A stretch of 64,000 nt of DNA. Origin: Eledone cirrhosa. Its lineage: Eukaryota. Positions 1-16,140 of the stretch are shown here, one piece after another. Location of the stretch: the NCBI GenBank assembly GCA_964016885.1, contig OZ024742.1, positions 101,866,001 to 101,930,000 of the forward strand. The letters are read 5' to 3'. A program made the position numbers and the translations under genes. Numbering within the stretch: position 1 is the stretch's first letter; the number at the start of each line of letters is the position of its first letter. The notes below the pieces were generated by a model. The model was given only the letters and a program-made list of their open reading frames with translations. It searched no databases and had not been told where the DNA came from.

Positions 1-538
1 CTCAGTAATAGAGAAGACCCGCCTTACCTAAATACAAAGTAAAAACCTACTACAGTCAGTAGACATCTCTATCAAAACACCCCCCCGTCCCACCACCTCC
101 ACCCCATCCACACCGCCCCTTTCAATGTAAAGTTATGTTGGTGCCACAACATCCAGGCCGAAACAAATGAGATCGTGTAGGTGTCACGACAAAAAAACAC
201 ACAGTCCACGCTGTAAATGTGGCCGTGTAGGCAACACGCTAAAAACCTCCCAGCCCCACACTGTAAATGTGGTTGGTGTTAGGAAGGGCATCCAGCTGTA
301 GAAAACCCGCCAGACAGTCCACGCTGTAATGTGGCCGTGTAGGCAACACGGTAAAAACCTCCCAGCCCCACACTGTAAATGTGGTTGGTGTTAGGAAGGG
401 CATCCAGCTGTAGAAAACCCGCCAGACAGTCCTATGCGAGCAAGACAACCACTCTTGCCTCAAGTGGGAAAACCCCCGTCCAAACCCATGCAAGCGTGGA
501 ACACGGACGCTAAACCCGATGATGATGATGATGATGAT
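1..538 (+). mobile_element. 3' end of RTE-clade LINE (last codons, 3' UTR, (GAT)n tail)
   Basis: Start matches the reverse complement of the ORF end at ~10369-10400 (KTRLT-stop). Same 3' UTR with the CCATGC-AA-GCGTGG hairpin and (GAT)n tail at 518-538. Internal ~113-bp tandem duplication at 201-432. Confidence 0.85.
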
Positions 539-981
539 ATATATATGTATATATATATGTATATATATATGTATATATATATGTATATATATATGTATAT
601 ATATATGTATATATATATGTATATATATATGTATATATATATGTATATATATATGTATATATATATGTATATATATATATGTATATATATATGTATATAT
701 ATATATGTATATATATATGTATATGTATATATATATATGTATATATATATATGTATATATATATGTATATATATATATGTATATATATATGTATATGTAT
801 ATATATATATGTATATATATATATGTATATATATATGTATATATATATATGTATATATATATGTATATATATATATGTATATATATATGTATATATATAT
901 GTATATATATATATGTATATATATATGTATATATATATATGTATATATATATATGTATATATATATATGTATATATATATG

Positions 982-1013
<32 letters not shown>

Positions 1014-1605
1014 TATGTATGAATATATATATGTATGAATATATATATGTATGAATATATATATGTATGAATATATATATGTATGAATATATATATGTAT
1101 GAATATATATATGTATGAATATATATATGTATGAATATATATATGTATGAATATATATATGTATGAATATATATATGTATGAATATATATATGTATGTAT
1201 ATATATATGTATGTATATATATATGTATGAATATATATATGTATATATATATATATGTATGAATATATATATGTATATATATATATATGTATGAATATAT
1301 ATATGTATATATATATATGTATGAATATATATATGTATATATATATATGTATGAATATATATATGTATGAATATATATATGTATATATATATATGTATGA
1401 ATATATATATGTATGAATATATATATGTATATATATATATGTATGAATATATATATGTATATATATATATGTATATATATATATATGTATGAATATATAT
1501 ATTTATATATATATCTGTATGAATATATATATGTATATATGTATGAATATATATATGTATATGTATATATATATGTATATATATGTATATATGTATATAT
1601 ATATA
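539..1605. repeat. Compound (TA)n/TATG/TATGAA microsatellite
   Basis: Directly visible. Confidence 0.97.
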
Positions 1606-1761
1606 TTGTTATACTTTGGGAGGGTCATGTTGCCAATAAGAAACACACGCACCAGTTGCTTTCACTTCAATTTAATTTAATATATATTTATAAATTTACA
1701 AATTTATAAATTTCTGGTTGGTTGGTTGGTTCCACAACCAGATAGTTGTTTATATATATAT

Positions 1762-1806
1762 AGTCATAGTTCTTTCGTCACACACTCTGTGACCTCTTCA
1801 GTGACT
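1762..1806 (-). ncRNA. Minimal type-I hammerhead ribozyme motif in PLE pseudo-LTR
   Basis: Minus strand: AGTCA-CTGAAGA-G-GTCACA(GAGTG)TGTGAC-GAAA-GAAC-TA-TGACT. Stems I and II pair; one extra G follows A9; helix III is minimal. Confidence 0.8.
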
Positions 1807-1852
1807 GGGGATTTCTTTCTTCGTTTCTGTGCCTTTCCTTTCTTCTATCCTA

Positions 1853-1908
1853 CGCCATTTTGTTTGTGTGTGGGTTGCGTGCTCAGTTTGCGCATGCGCC
1901 ACATCCGG
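1853..1908 (-). promoter_or_regulatory. Candidate pseudo-LTR promoter: ETS-like, NRF1-like and YY1-like motifs
   Basis: On the minus strand CCGGATGT (1901-1908), GCGCATGCGCA (1889-1899) and CAAAATGGCG (1853-1862) cluster within 56 bp, just upstream of the HHR. Motif match only. Confidence 0.4.
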
Positions 1909-2103
1909 GTGTCTGTGTGTGTTTGTGTTCATTTTTCTATTTTTCTATTTATATTTGTTTGTTTATTTATTTATTTATTGTTGGTTGGTTGTTTGTTCTA
2001 TGTGTGTGTGTGTTTTCATTTTGTCTTGTGTGTGTTTTCATTTTGTGTGTGTTTTCAATTGTAAGTTGTTTGTTCTATGTGTGTGTGTGTTTTCATTTTG
2101 TCC

Positions 2104-4344
2104 TTAATTGTAAGTTGTGATGTTGCTGTTCCACTCATATTTTCTATTTAATTTTGGTTTTAATTCTTTTATGCTTACTGCCTCTGTAATTTGCCTAAAC
2201 ATTGCGTCTTTCTTGTGTGTGGATTCTATTTTTATTTCTATGCTCTCTAATTTACCCCTGTGTTCTATCTTAGCATGTTGGTAGAGCACAGATGATTCTT
2301 TACTATCTTGGAGGTCTCGCCAGTGTTCATTTATTCGTTCCCCTATACTACGAGCTGTCTCACCTATGTACACTATATTTTTGTTTCTACATTGTCCTTC
2401 AGTACATCTTATGCTATATACTACATTTCTAGTTTTACAGTTAATATGGGGGCTTATTTTACAGGTTATACATTTCTTATCTATACATGAGGGTCTTTGG
2501 AACGGGTATGTCTTGCTAATAAGTGTTTTTACGGAGGTACCAGGTCTTTCTACTATCTTAATATTGAGATTATGTTTCTTTAGGGCCCTTCTAAATTTGT
2601 AGGCTAGTTCGCCTCTAGGGGTTGTATTGATGAACATTACACTCTGGTATTTATTGCTATCATACCATGAGTTTATTCTATTGGCCTTGTTCTTAGTTCT
2701 TTCTATTCTATTCCAAAATTTGCTCCTATACAAGGGGCAGGTCCCATTTATGTCATTATTTACCATTTTTTCCCATTTGGTTCTGGCTCCTTTATACACT
2801 CTGATTCTATCTCTCTGATTGTAGCCAGAGAACTGCATACGGTGGATGAAGTGTTGTATGTGTCTCTCTAGTTCTTCGGGGTTGCACATGCGGGACACAT
2901 TTCTCATCACCCGTACCAAATCCGCAATCAGTATGTTGATTTTGGTATGGTCCGAAATGGCCGAGTTTCGGTGGATCAGATGTTTGGAAGTCATGGGTTT
3001 GGCATAATGGGAATGGAGGATTTGTTTTTGGTTGTTAATAGTATCTAACCAGAGCTCTGTGTCTAGTACAGGTAATCGATGGTTGGGGTGTCTACTTGGG
3101 TAGTCTATAGTAACTCTAATGCTCTGGTGGATGGAGTTTGCTATTTGCTGGATGCTTTCCATTGTGTTTTTCTCTGGTTCCTGACTGTTCTTTAGTGGGG
3201 GTGTCTTAACTACGATGTTTATATCATCTACGTAGCGGGAGTACATTATCAGGGTTAAGCTGTCTTCTAATTGTTCATTAAGTTTTTGTTTAAGTCTACT
3301 GTCCCACCATACCATGAACAAGTTAGCTATGTCGCCTGCAATGCTAACACCAATGGCTGCTCCTTCCTCTTGGGCATATGTTTTACCATTAAATTTGAAC
3401 ATATGTTCCTTAAGGGTTAATTTTATGCTGGCCCCTACCGCATCTGCAATCATTTTCTTCAGTTCATCGTGGTTTTCGGGTGTCCGTATGGCTCTGGTCC
3501 ACCCGTTCCATCTATCTGTGTGGGTTTTCTTGGCCATTGAGGTAATGGTAGGTGGTCTGCCTCTTGCTGGTCTTGTAGGGCACAGGTTGCTAAGGTTATA
3601 AGTGTCTAGGTAACTATTACTATGAGTAAGCTTAAGTAGAAGTCCCAGCTCACTGGTATCAATCCCACGGAACTCAACCTTGCTCTCGCTGATCATTTCG
3701 ACGCATTTCTCCACAGCAAAATCCACGTCAATAGATGGATACAGGGACACAACATCCATACTGCCTATTATGCAGTTTGTTAGGTCCCCAGATCGGTTAC
3801 CCGCGCCGATTCTGCTGAGGAGGTCCTCCGTGCTGTCACACACATCTGGGGACATCTCAATGATGGGGCGTATGATCTGGGAGAGGAAGTAGGACAGTCT
3901 GTAGTTACTAGCAATGTTAGCCCCACAGACTGGCCGTGTTGGTGGTCCCGCGACAGGGTCCCAGCCCGTTTTATGGTCTTTTCGAAGCCCATACAACGCC
4001 GGCACGTCATTGTTCCAGGCCTGGAAGTTGTTGGCAGTCCTTTTGTTGGGCTGCATTATATTTGTCCACATCACCATATGGGCATTGAGGGTTTTTTCTC
4101 TATCCTCATGCTCCTGTGGTGTTACCTCTCTTGTGTTAGTGATGTGGGGTTGCATTGCCTGGATGTAGTTTGGCAGGCTGTCAACCAACATTCTGCCAGA
4201 CTTGTCTGTTGGAAAGCATGCTATCTCTCCATTACGTGAGCGCTGCATGAGCTTACGCAAGCCATTTGCAGATTCTTCTCCCAGTTGCTGGGCCTTTATT
4301 CTATTATGCTTCTTGCTATACTGTTCTATAATATTTCTAAGTTC
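2104..4344 (-). CDS. PLE reverse transcriptase with C-terminal GIY-YIG endonuclease (5'-truncated, ~746 uninterrupted codons)
   Basis: Motifs [44 protein letters not shown], a Cys-rich linker ([10 protein letters not shown]), and VVYSIRC..C..YIGETAR..ERINEH..H. The N-terminal part of the track ORF is microsatellite. Confidence 0.93.
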   Translation of the reverse strand, partial: ELRNIIEQYSKKHNRIKAQQLGEESANGLRKLMQRSRNGEIACFPTDKSGRMLVDSLPNYIQAMQPHITNTREVTPQEHEDREKTLNAHMVMWTNIMQPNKRTANNFQAWNNDVPALYGLRKDHKTGWDPVAGPPTRPVCGANIASNYRLSYFLSQIIRPIIEMSPDVCDSTEDLLSRIGAGNRSGDLTNCIIGSMDVVSLYPSIDVDFAVEKCVEMISESKVEFRGIDTSELGLLLKLTHSNSYLDTYNLSNLCPTRPARGRPPTITSMAKKTHTDRWNGWTRAIRTPENHDELKKMIADAVGASIKLTLKEHMFKFNGKTYAQEEGAAIGVSIAGDIANLFMVWWDSRLKQKLNEQLEDSLTLIMYSRYVDDINIVVKTPPLKNSQEPEKNTMESIQQIANSIHQSIRVTIDYPSRHPNHRLPVLDTELWLDTINNQKQILHSHYAKPMTSKHLIHRNSAISDHTKINILIADLVRVMRNVSRMCNPEELERHIQHFIHRMQFSGYNQRDRIRVYKGARTKWEKMVNNDINGTCPLYRSKFWNRIERTKNKANRINSWYDSNKYQSVMFINTTPRGELAYKFRRALKKHNLNIKIVERPGTSVKTLISKTYPFQRPSCIDKKCITCKISPHINCKTRNVVYSIRCTEGQCRNKNIVYIGETARSIGERINEHWRDLQDSKESSVLYQHAKIEHRGKLESIEIKIESTHKKDAMFRQITEAVSIKELKPKLNRKYEWNSNITTYN

Positions 4345-4346
4345 GA

Positions 4347-4676
4347 TGTATATGTATGGATATGTATATGTATGTATATATATATATGTATATGTATGTA
4401 TATATATATGTATATGTATGTATATGTATATGTATGTATATATATGTATATGTATGTATATATATATATATATATGTGTATGTATATATACATGTATGTA
4501 TGTATATATACATGTATGTATGTATATATACATGTATGTATGTATATATACATGTATGTATGTATATATACATGTATGTATGTATATATATATGTATGTA
4601 TGTATGTATATATATATATGTATGTATGTATGTATGTATATATGTATGTATATATATATGTATGTATGTATGTATA

Positions 4677-4709
<33 letters not shown>

Positions 4710-4780
4710 ATATATATATGTATGTATGTATGTATGTATATATGTATGTATGTATATATGTATGTATGTATATATATATG

Positions 4781-4811
<31 letters not shown>

Positions 4812-5262
4812 ATATATATGTATATATGTATGTATATATGTGTATGTATGTATATATATATGTATATATGTATGTATATATGTGTATATATGTATATATG
4901 TATGTATATATGTATATATGTGTATATATATATGTATATATGTATATGTATATGTATATATGTATATGTATATATATATATGTATATGTATATATATGTG
5001 TATATATATGTATATATGTATATATATATGTATATATGTATATATATATGTATATATATATGTATATATATATGTATATATATATGTATATATATATGTA
5101 TATATATATGTATATATATATGTATATATATATGTATATATATGTGTATATATATGTGTATATATATGTGTATATATATGTGTATATATATATGTATATA
5201 TATATGTATATATATATGTATGTATATATATATGTATATGTATATGTATATATATATGTATG

Positions 5263-5294
<32 letters not shown>

Positions 5295-5303
5295 TATATA
5301 TAT
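4347..5303. repeat. Compound (TA)n/(TATG)n microsatellite
   Basis: Directly visible. Confidence 0.97.
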
Positions 5304-5535
5304 AAATGTAAGTATGTATGTATACGTACATACATATATGTATACAGACGTACAGTAGCATGCATATATATATACATATATACATACAGGTACACATACA
5401 TATATGCACGCATCAGTTTAGCGGACGCTTATTATAACGCCGCTTTGTTCGTTTGTCAACAAACTGAACAGCCTGAATTTATGCCATACGGTGTTAAGGA
5501 AACCACGTCACCTTTTTGTTCAACACTGACACAGG

Positions 5536-5580
5536 AACGATGTACTAGTTTCAAGCTTGTTAGCTATCATCAGCACCGTT
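5536..5580 (-). ncRNA. Hammerhead ribozyme motif, family A copy 1
   Basis: AACGGTG-CTGATGA-TAGCT(AACA)AGCTT-GAAA-CTAG-TA-CATCGTT on the minus strand. Confidence 0.82.
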
Positions 5581-5868
5581 TACCCACCTGCCAGATAGTT
5601 GAACGTTCGAAAGTATATATTTTCCTTATGAAAATTAACGGCTGAGCAGCCTAATTTGCATATTGAGTGAGTTAAATCGGTCAGGCATACCGAAAACGAT
5701 AAGTTGAAAAAAAAATGAAAACGAAATTTCATTTCTCACTCTTAGTATGGCAGTTACTTAAATGTAAGTATGTATGTATACGTACATACATATATGTATA
5801 CAGACGTACAGTAGCATGCATATATATATATATATATATATACATATATACATACAGGTACACATACA

Positions 5869-5926
5869 CTAGCAACCCGTCTAACCCATGCTAGCGTGGA
5901 AGAACGGACGTAAAACGGTGATGATG
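5869..5926 (+). mobile_element. 58-bp RTE 3' tail insertion into family A unit
   Basis: Matches the RTE end at ~42250-42303. Absent from the other units. Flanked by an ATACA duplication (5864-5868 and 5927-5931). Confidence 0.8.
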
Positions 5927-6065
5927 ATACATATATGCACGCATCAGTTTAGCGGACGCTTATTATAACGCCGCTTTGTTCTTTTGTCAACAAACTGAAC
6001 AGATGAATGTATGCCATATGGTGTTAAGGCAACCACGTCATCTTTTTGTTCAACACTGACACAGG

Positions 6066-6110
6066 AACGATGTACTAGTTTCAAGCTTGTTAGCTATCAT
6101 CAGCACCGTT
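6066..6110 (-). ncRNA. Hammerhead ribozyme motif, family A copy 2
   Basis: Identical to copy 1. Confidence 0.82.
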
Positions 6111-6266
6111 TACCCATCTGCCAGATAGTTGAACGTTCGAAAGTATATATTTTCCTTATGAAAATTTACGGCTGAGCAGCCTAATTTGCATATTGAGTGA
6201 GTTAAATCGGTATAATAAGCGTCCGCTAAACTGATGCGTGCATATATGTATGTGTACCTGTATGTA

Positions 6267-6304
<38 letters not shown>

Positions 6305-6540
6305 TGCTACTGTACGTCTGTATACATATATGTATGTACGTATACATACATACTTACATTAAAGTAAGTGCCATACTAAGAGTGAGAAATGAAATTTCGT
6401 TTTCATTTTTTTTTCAACTTATCGTTTTCGGTATGCCTGACCGATTTAACTCACTCAATATGCATATTAGGCTGCTCAGCCGTTAATTTTCATAAGGAAA
6501 ATATATACTTTCGAACGTTCAACTATCTGGCAGATGGGTA

Positions 6541-6585
6541 AACGGTGCTGATGATAGCTAACAAGCTTGAAACTAGTACATCGTT
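6541..6585 (+). ncRNA. Hammerhead ribozyme motif, family A copy 3
   Basis: AACGGTGCTGATGATAGCTAACAAGCTTGAAACTAGTACATCGTT on the plus strand. Confidence 0.82.
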
Positions 6586-6994
6586 CCTGTGTCAGTGTTG
6601 AACAAAAAGGTGACGTGGTTGCCTTAACACCGTATGGCATAAATTCAGGCTGTTCGGTTTGTTGACAAACAAACAAAGTGGCGTTATAATAAGCGTCCGC
6701 TAAACTGATGCGTGCATATATGTATGTGTACCTATATGTATATATATATATATATGCATGCTACTGTACGTCTGTATACATATATGTATGTACGTATACA
6801 TACATACTTACATTTAAGTAAGTGCCATACTAAGAGTGAGAAATGAAATTTCGTTTTCATTTTTTTTTCAACTTATCGTTTTCGGTATGCCTGACCGATT
6901 TAACTCACTCAATATGTAAATTAGGCTGCTCAGCCGTTAATTTTCATAAGGAAAATATATACTTTCGAACGTTCAACTATCTGGCAGATGGGTA

Positions 6995-7039
6995 AACGGT
7001 GCTGATGATAGCTAACAAGCGTGAAACTAGTACATCGTT
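6995..7039 (+). ncRNA. Hammerhead ribozyme motif, family A copy 4 (stem II substitution)
   Basis: Same motif, with AAGCGT in place of AAGCTT in stem II. Confidence 0.72.
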
Positions 7040-7194
7040 CCTGTGTCAGTGTTGAACAAAAAGGTGACATGGTTGCCTTAACACCGTATGGCATAAATTC
7101 AGGCTGTTCAGTTTGTTGACAAACGAACAAAGCGGCGTTATAATAAGTGTCCGCTAAACTGATGCGTGCATATATGTATGTGTACCTGTATGTA

Positions 7195-7232
<38 letters not shown>

Positions 7233-7373
7233 TGCTACTGTACGTCTGTATGCATATATGTATGTACGTATACATACATACTTACATTTAAGTAAGTGCC
7301 ATACTAAGAGTGAGAAATGAAATTTCGTTTTCATTTTTATTTTCAACTTATTTATATATATATATATATGAAT

Positions 7374-7668
7374 ATCATCATCATCATCGTTTAACGTCCA
7401 TGTTCCACGCTTGCATGGGTTTGGACGGGGGTTTTCCCACTTGAGGCAAAAGTGGCTCGCATAGTACTGTCTGGCGGGTTTTCTACAGCTGGATGCCCTT
7501 CCTAACACCAACCACATTTACAGTGTGGGGCTGGGAGGTTTTTACCGTGTTGCCTACACGGCCACATTACAGCGTGGACTGTGTGTTTTTTGTCGTGACA
7601 CCTACACGATCTCATTTGTTTCGGCCTGGATGTTGTGGCACCAACATAACTTTGCATTGAAGCGGGCG
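7374..7668 (-). mobile_element. RTE 3' UTR fragment with (GAT)n tail
   Basis: Reverse complement of the 3' UTR at ~115-538, without the internal duplication. Confidence 0.85.
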
Positions 7669-8307
7669 GTGACCCTCCAACCGTCCCAGGCATTTCATCG
7701 CTTTAAGGGCCATATACCTCAGGTTGGTGCGAACAACGGCTAAAAAAGTCGTTGGGACACGTAAATAAAGAGAACGTTAGGGTGAACAAACAAAATGGTT
7801 TAAGCAACAGAAAGTGAGAGGAAAGAGACAAGTCCCAGATTTCTATGAATATAAACTCGATAAAATCGTGAACTAGAGAATAAAGACCATCAGACCTGGT
7901 TAAATTGTGAGCAAGGAAGGAATTTCGCACAGGTCTAACGGGAGGAAGAAGAAGAAGGGGTCTGGTCTGCGAATTCGGTAAACATAAGTTCTGTGAAGAC
8001 GCAGACGAGAGAGAGAGAGAAAAAAAATTCATACCGGCTTGGCCAAGAGTGCGCGAGAAAAGAAATCGGACAGGTCAAGCGGGAAGAAAGAGGAGTGGAG
8101 GAGAGGTAGTGACAGGGTATGAGTGAGTGAAAGTTGAGGAAGGGGCTAACAGAGAGAGAGACTGCTAGAAAGGGTAAAGATACAAAGAGAGAAACAGACG
8201 GGTGGCAGCAGAGGAAAAAATATGTGTAAATATGATAATAATGGAGCTGCGGCGTTGCAAATGGGTTACATATAAAAAAAAGTCAGTCCTTCATCAGTGA
8301 CCCTCCA
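7669..8307 (-). repeat. Unclassified ~630-bp segment bounded by an 11-bp direct repeat, with a half hammerhead; possible PLE pLTR
   Basis: GTGACCCTCCA at 7669-7679 and 8297-8307. Minus strand reads GGGTCA-CTGATGA-AGGACTGAC..T-run..ATATG-TAACCC, with the GAAA arm missing. Confidence 0.4.
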
Positions 8308-8331
8308 TATATATATATATATGTATGTATG

Positions 8332-8392
<61 letters not shown>

Positions 8393-8752
8393 GTATATAT
8401 ATATATATATGTATGTATGTATATATATATATATATGTATGTATATATATATATGTATATATATATGTATGTATATATATATATGTATATATATATGTAT
8501 ATATATATATGTATATATATATGTATATATATATATGTATATATATATATGTATATATATATGTATATATATATATGTATATATATATGTATGTATATAT
8601 AATGTATGTATATATATATGTATGTATATATATATGTATGTATATATATATATATATATGTATGTATATATATATGTATGTATATATATATATGTATGTA
8701 TATATATATATGTATGTATATATATATGTATGTATGTATATATATATATATG

Positions 8753-8809
<57 letters not shown>

Positions 8810-9227
8810 ATATATATATGTATGTATATGTATGTATATATATATATGTATGTATATGTATGTATATATATATATGTATGTATATGTATGTATATATATA
8901 TATGTATGTATATGTATGTATGTATATATATATATGTATGTATATGTATGTATATATATATATGTATGTATGTGTGTATATGTATGTATGTATATATATA
9001 TATGTATGTATGTGTGTATATGTATGTATGTATATATATATATGCATGTATGTGTGTTTATGTATGTATGTATATATATATATATATGTATGTATATATA
9101 TATGTATGTATGTATATATATATATATGTATGTATGTATATATATATATATGTATGTATGTATATATATATATGTATGTATATATATATATGTATGTATG
9201 TATATGTATGTATATATATATGTATGT

Positions 9228-9295
<68 letters not shown>

Positions 9296-9317
9296 GTATG
9301 TATATATATATGTATGT

Positions 9318-9358
<41 letters not shown>

Positions 9359-9407
9359 TGTATGTATATATATATATGTATATGTATGTATATATATATA
9401 TGTATGT

Positions 9408-9501
<94 letters not shown>

Positions 9502-9604
9502 GTATACATATGTATGTATATATATGTATGTATGTATACATATGTATGTATACATATGTATGTATGTATATATATGTATGTATACATATGTATGTATACA
9601 TATG

Positions 9605-9645
<41 letters not shown>

Positions 9646-9679
9646 GTATGTATGTATATGTATGTATGTATATGTATGT

Positions 9680-9738
<59 letters not shown>

Positions 9739-9748
9739 TATATGTATG

Positions 9749-9779
<31 letters not shown>

Positions 9780-9784
9780 GTATG

Positions 9785-9821
<37 letters not shown>

Positions 9822-9841
9822 GTATATATATATATGTATGT

Positions 9842-9882
<41 letters not shown>

Positions 9883-9891
9883 TGTATGTAT

Positions 9892-9932
<41 letters not shown>

Positions 9933-9975
9933 TGTATGTATATATATATATGTATGTATATATATATGTATGTAT
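8308..9975. repeat. Compound (TA)n/(TATG)n microsatellite
   Basis: Directly visible. Confidence 0.97.
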
Positions 9976-11184
9976 ATCATCATCATCATCAACGTTTAAC
10001 GTCCGTGTTCCACGCTTGCATGGGTTTGGACGGGGGTAGTCCCACTTGAGGCAAGAGTGATTGTCTTGCTCGCATAGGACTGTCTGGCAGGTTTTCTACA
10101 GTTGGATGCCCTTCCTAACACCAACCACATTTACAGTGTGGGTCTGGGAGGTTTTTACCGTGTTGCCTACACGGCCACATTACAGTGTGGACTGTGTGTT
10201 TTTTTGTCGTGACACCTACACGATCTCATTTGTTTCGGCCTGGATGGCGCGGCACCAACATAACTTTACATAGAACGGGGTGGTGTGGATGGGGTGGGGG
10301 TGGTGGTGCTGGGACGGGGTGTATTTTGTTAGAGATGACTACTGGCTGGAGTAGGTTTTACTATATATTTAGGTAAGGCGGGTCTTCGCTGTTACTGAGT
10401 ACCGCCAAAGGTCTCGGTCCAGTGACATTGTCTTGGAGAGGTGTAAGTGTGTGATGTCGGAGTTTATCAGCTCGTCCCAGGTTTTTCTAGGTCTGCCTAT
10501 TCCGTGACTACCGTCTATCTTTATTGCCCTGCACTTTGTTATACAGCTATCGACTTTCATGCGCATCACGTGTCCATACCAACGTAGCCTTCTCTCGAGT
10601 AAACAACATCTGATCACTCTTATCTCTAATTTTTTCCTTAGTTCGTTTCTGCTTTGCCGTTCACGTATATTACTGTTACACATCCAGCGGAGCATGCAAG
10701 CTTCGTTCCTCTCTAGTCTGCGTATATCCTCTGCACACAATGCCCAGGTCTCACTGCCATGCAACATTGCTGTTCGTATGCAGGCATCGTACAACCTGCC
10801 TTTCATTTTTAGGGAGAACCCTTTAGCAGCTAATAGTGGTATAAGCTCTCTGAACTTTTTCCAACCAGTTCTGACTCTAGCTACAGTACTTTCAGAGCAC
10901 CCTCCCCCACTGCTGATTTTATCGCCCAGGTAACGGAAGCTGTCCACTATTTCTATAGAACCCTCTGCGCAATTGAAAGAGCTAGTATTCTGTGGGCACT
11001 TGCTGCTACTTATTGCACCAAAACACCGGCCACATGTAAAATCTATGTTCTTAGTTAGCTTACCTGTGATCCCACTACATCTTTTATGCACCCATACTTT
11101 GCATTTAGGACATAAAATGGAGTTTCTACCTACGCCTTTCCTACACACCGAGCACGACCATTTCCCAGAAGGGACCGCCGCCTT
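9976..11184 (-). mobile_element. 5'-truncated RTE-clade LINE
   Basis: C-terminal ORF, 3' UTR and (GAT)n tail, embedded in microsatellite. Confidence 0.92.
10369..11184 (-). CDS. RTE ORF C-terminal part: PHD-type finger, FRYLG thumb, [11 protein letters not shown] motifs
   Basis: CSVC-x10-CPKC-x4-HKRC-x14-CGRC, followed by [24 protein letters not shown] and GRPRKTW. Open to the stop codon. Confidence 0.88.
   Translation of the reverse strand, partial: KAAVPSGKWSCSVCRKGVGRNSILCPKCKVWVHKRCSGITGKLTKNIDFTCGRCFGAISSSKCPQNTSSFNCAEGSIEIVDSFRYLGDKISSGGGCSESTVARVRTGWKKFRELIPLLAAKGFSLKMKGRLYDACIRTAMLHGSETWALCAEDIRRLERNEACMLRWMCNSNIRERQSRNELRKKLEIRVIRCCLLERRLRWYGHVMRMKVDSCITKCRAIKIDGSHGIGRPRKTWDELINSDITHLHLSKTMSLDRDLWRYSVTAKTRLT

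Positions 11185-16140
<4,956 letters not shown>

Larger units (their letters stand above)
1606..4346 (-). mobile_element. 5'-truncated Penelope-like retroelement (PLE) with 3' pseudo-LTR, inserted in TA microsatellite
   Basis: RT plus GIY-YIG ORF followed by ~500 bp of non-coding sequence containing a hammerhead motif. Both ends abut (TA)n/(TATG)n. Confidence 0.92.
5304..7351. mobile_element. Non-coding HHR repeat family A: ~455-470 bp units in tandem and inverted array (retrozyme-like or PLE pLTR-derived)
   Basis: About 1.9 units at 5304-6211, then about 2.4 units in the opposite orientation at 6211-7351. Units are near-identical and carry four HHR motifs in total. Confidence 0.85.

Noticed and set aside
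201-432. 113-bp tandem duplication (and a similar ~100-bp one at 63287-63470)
   Set aside because: Local duplication within an RTE 3' UTR, with no ribozyme core or sign of independent function.
2104-4344. Naiad-type selenoprotein PLE
   Set aside because: The endonuclease is C-terminal and there is no in-frame TGA in the ORF.
5405-5645. Recurrent small ORF ending IFLMKING in family A units
   Set aside because: Antisense to the hammerhead, with no recognisable motif. It recurs only because the unit is repeated.
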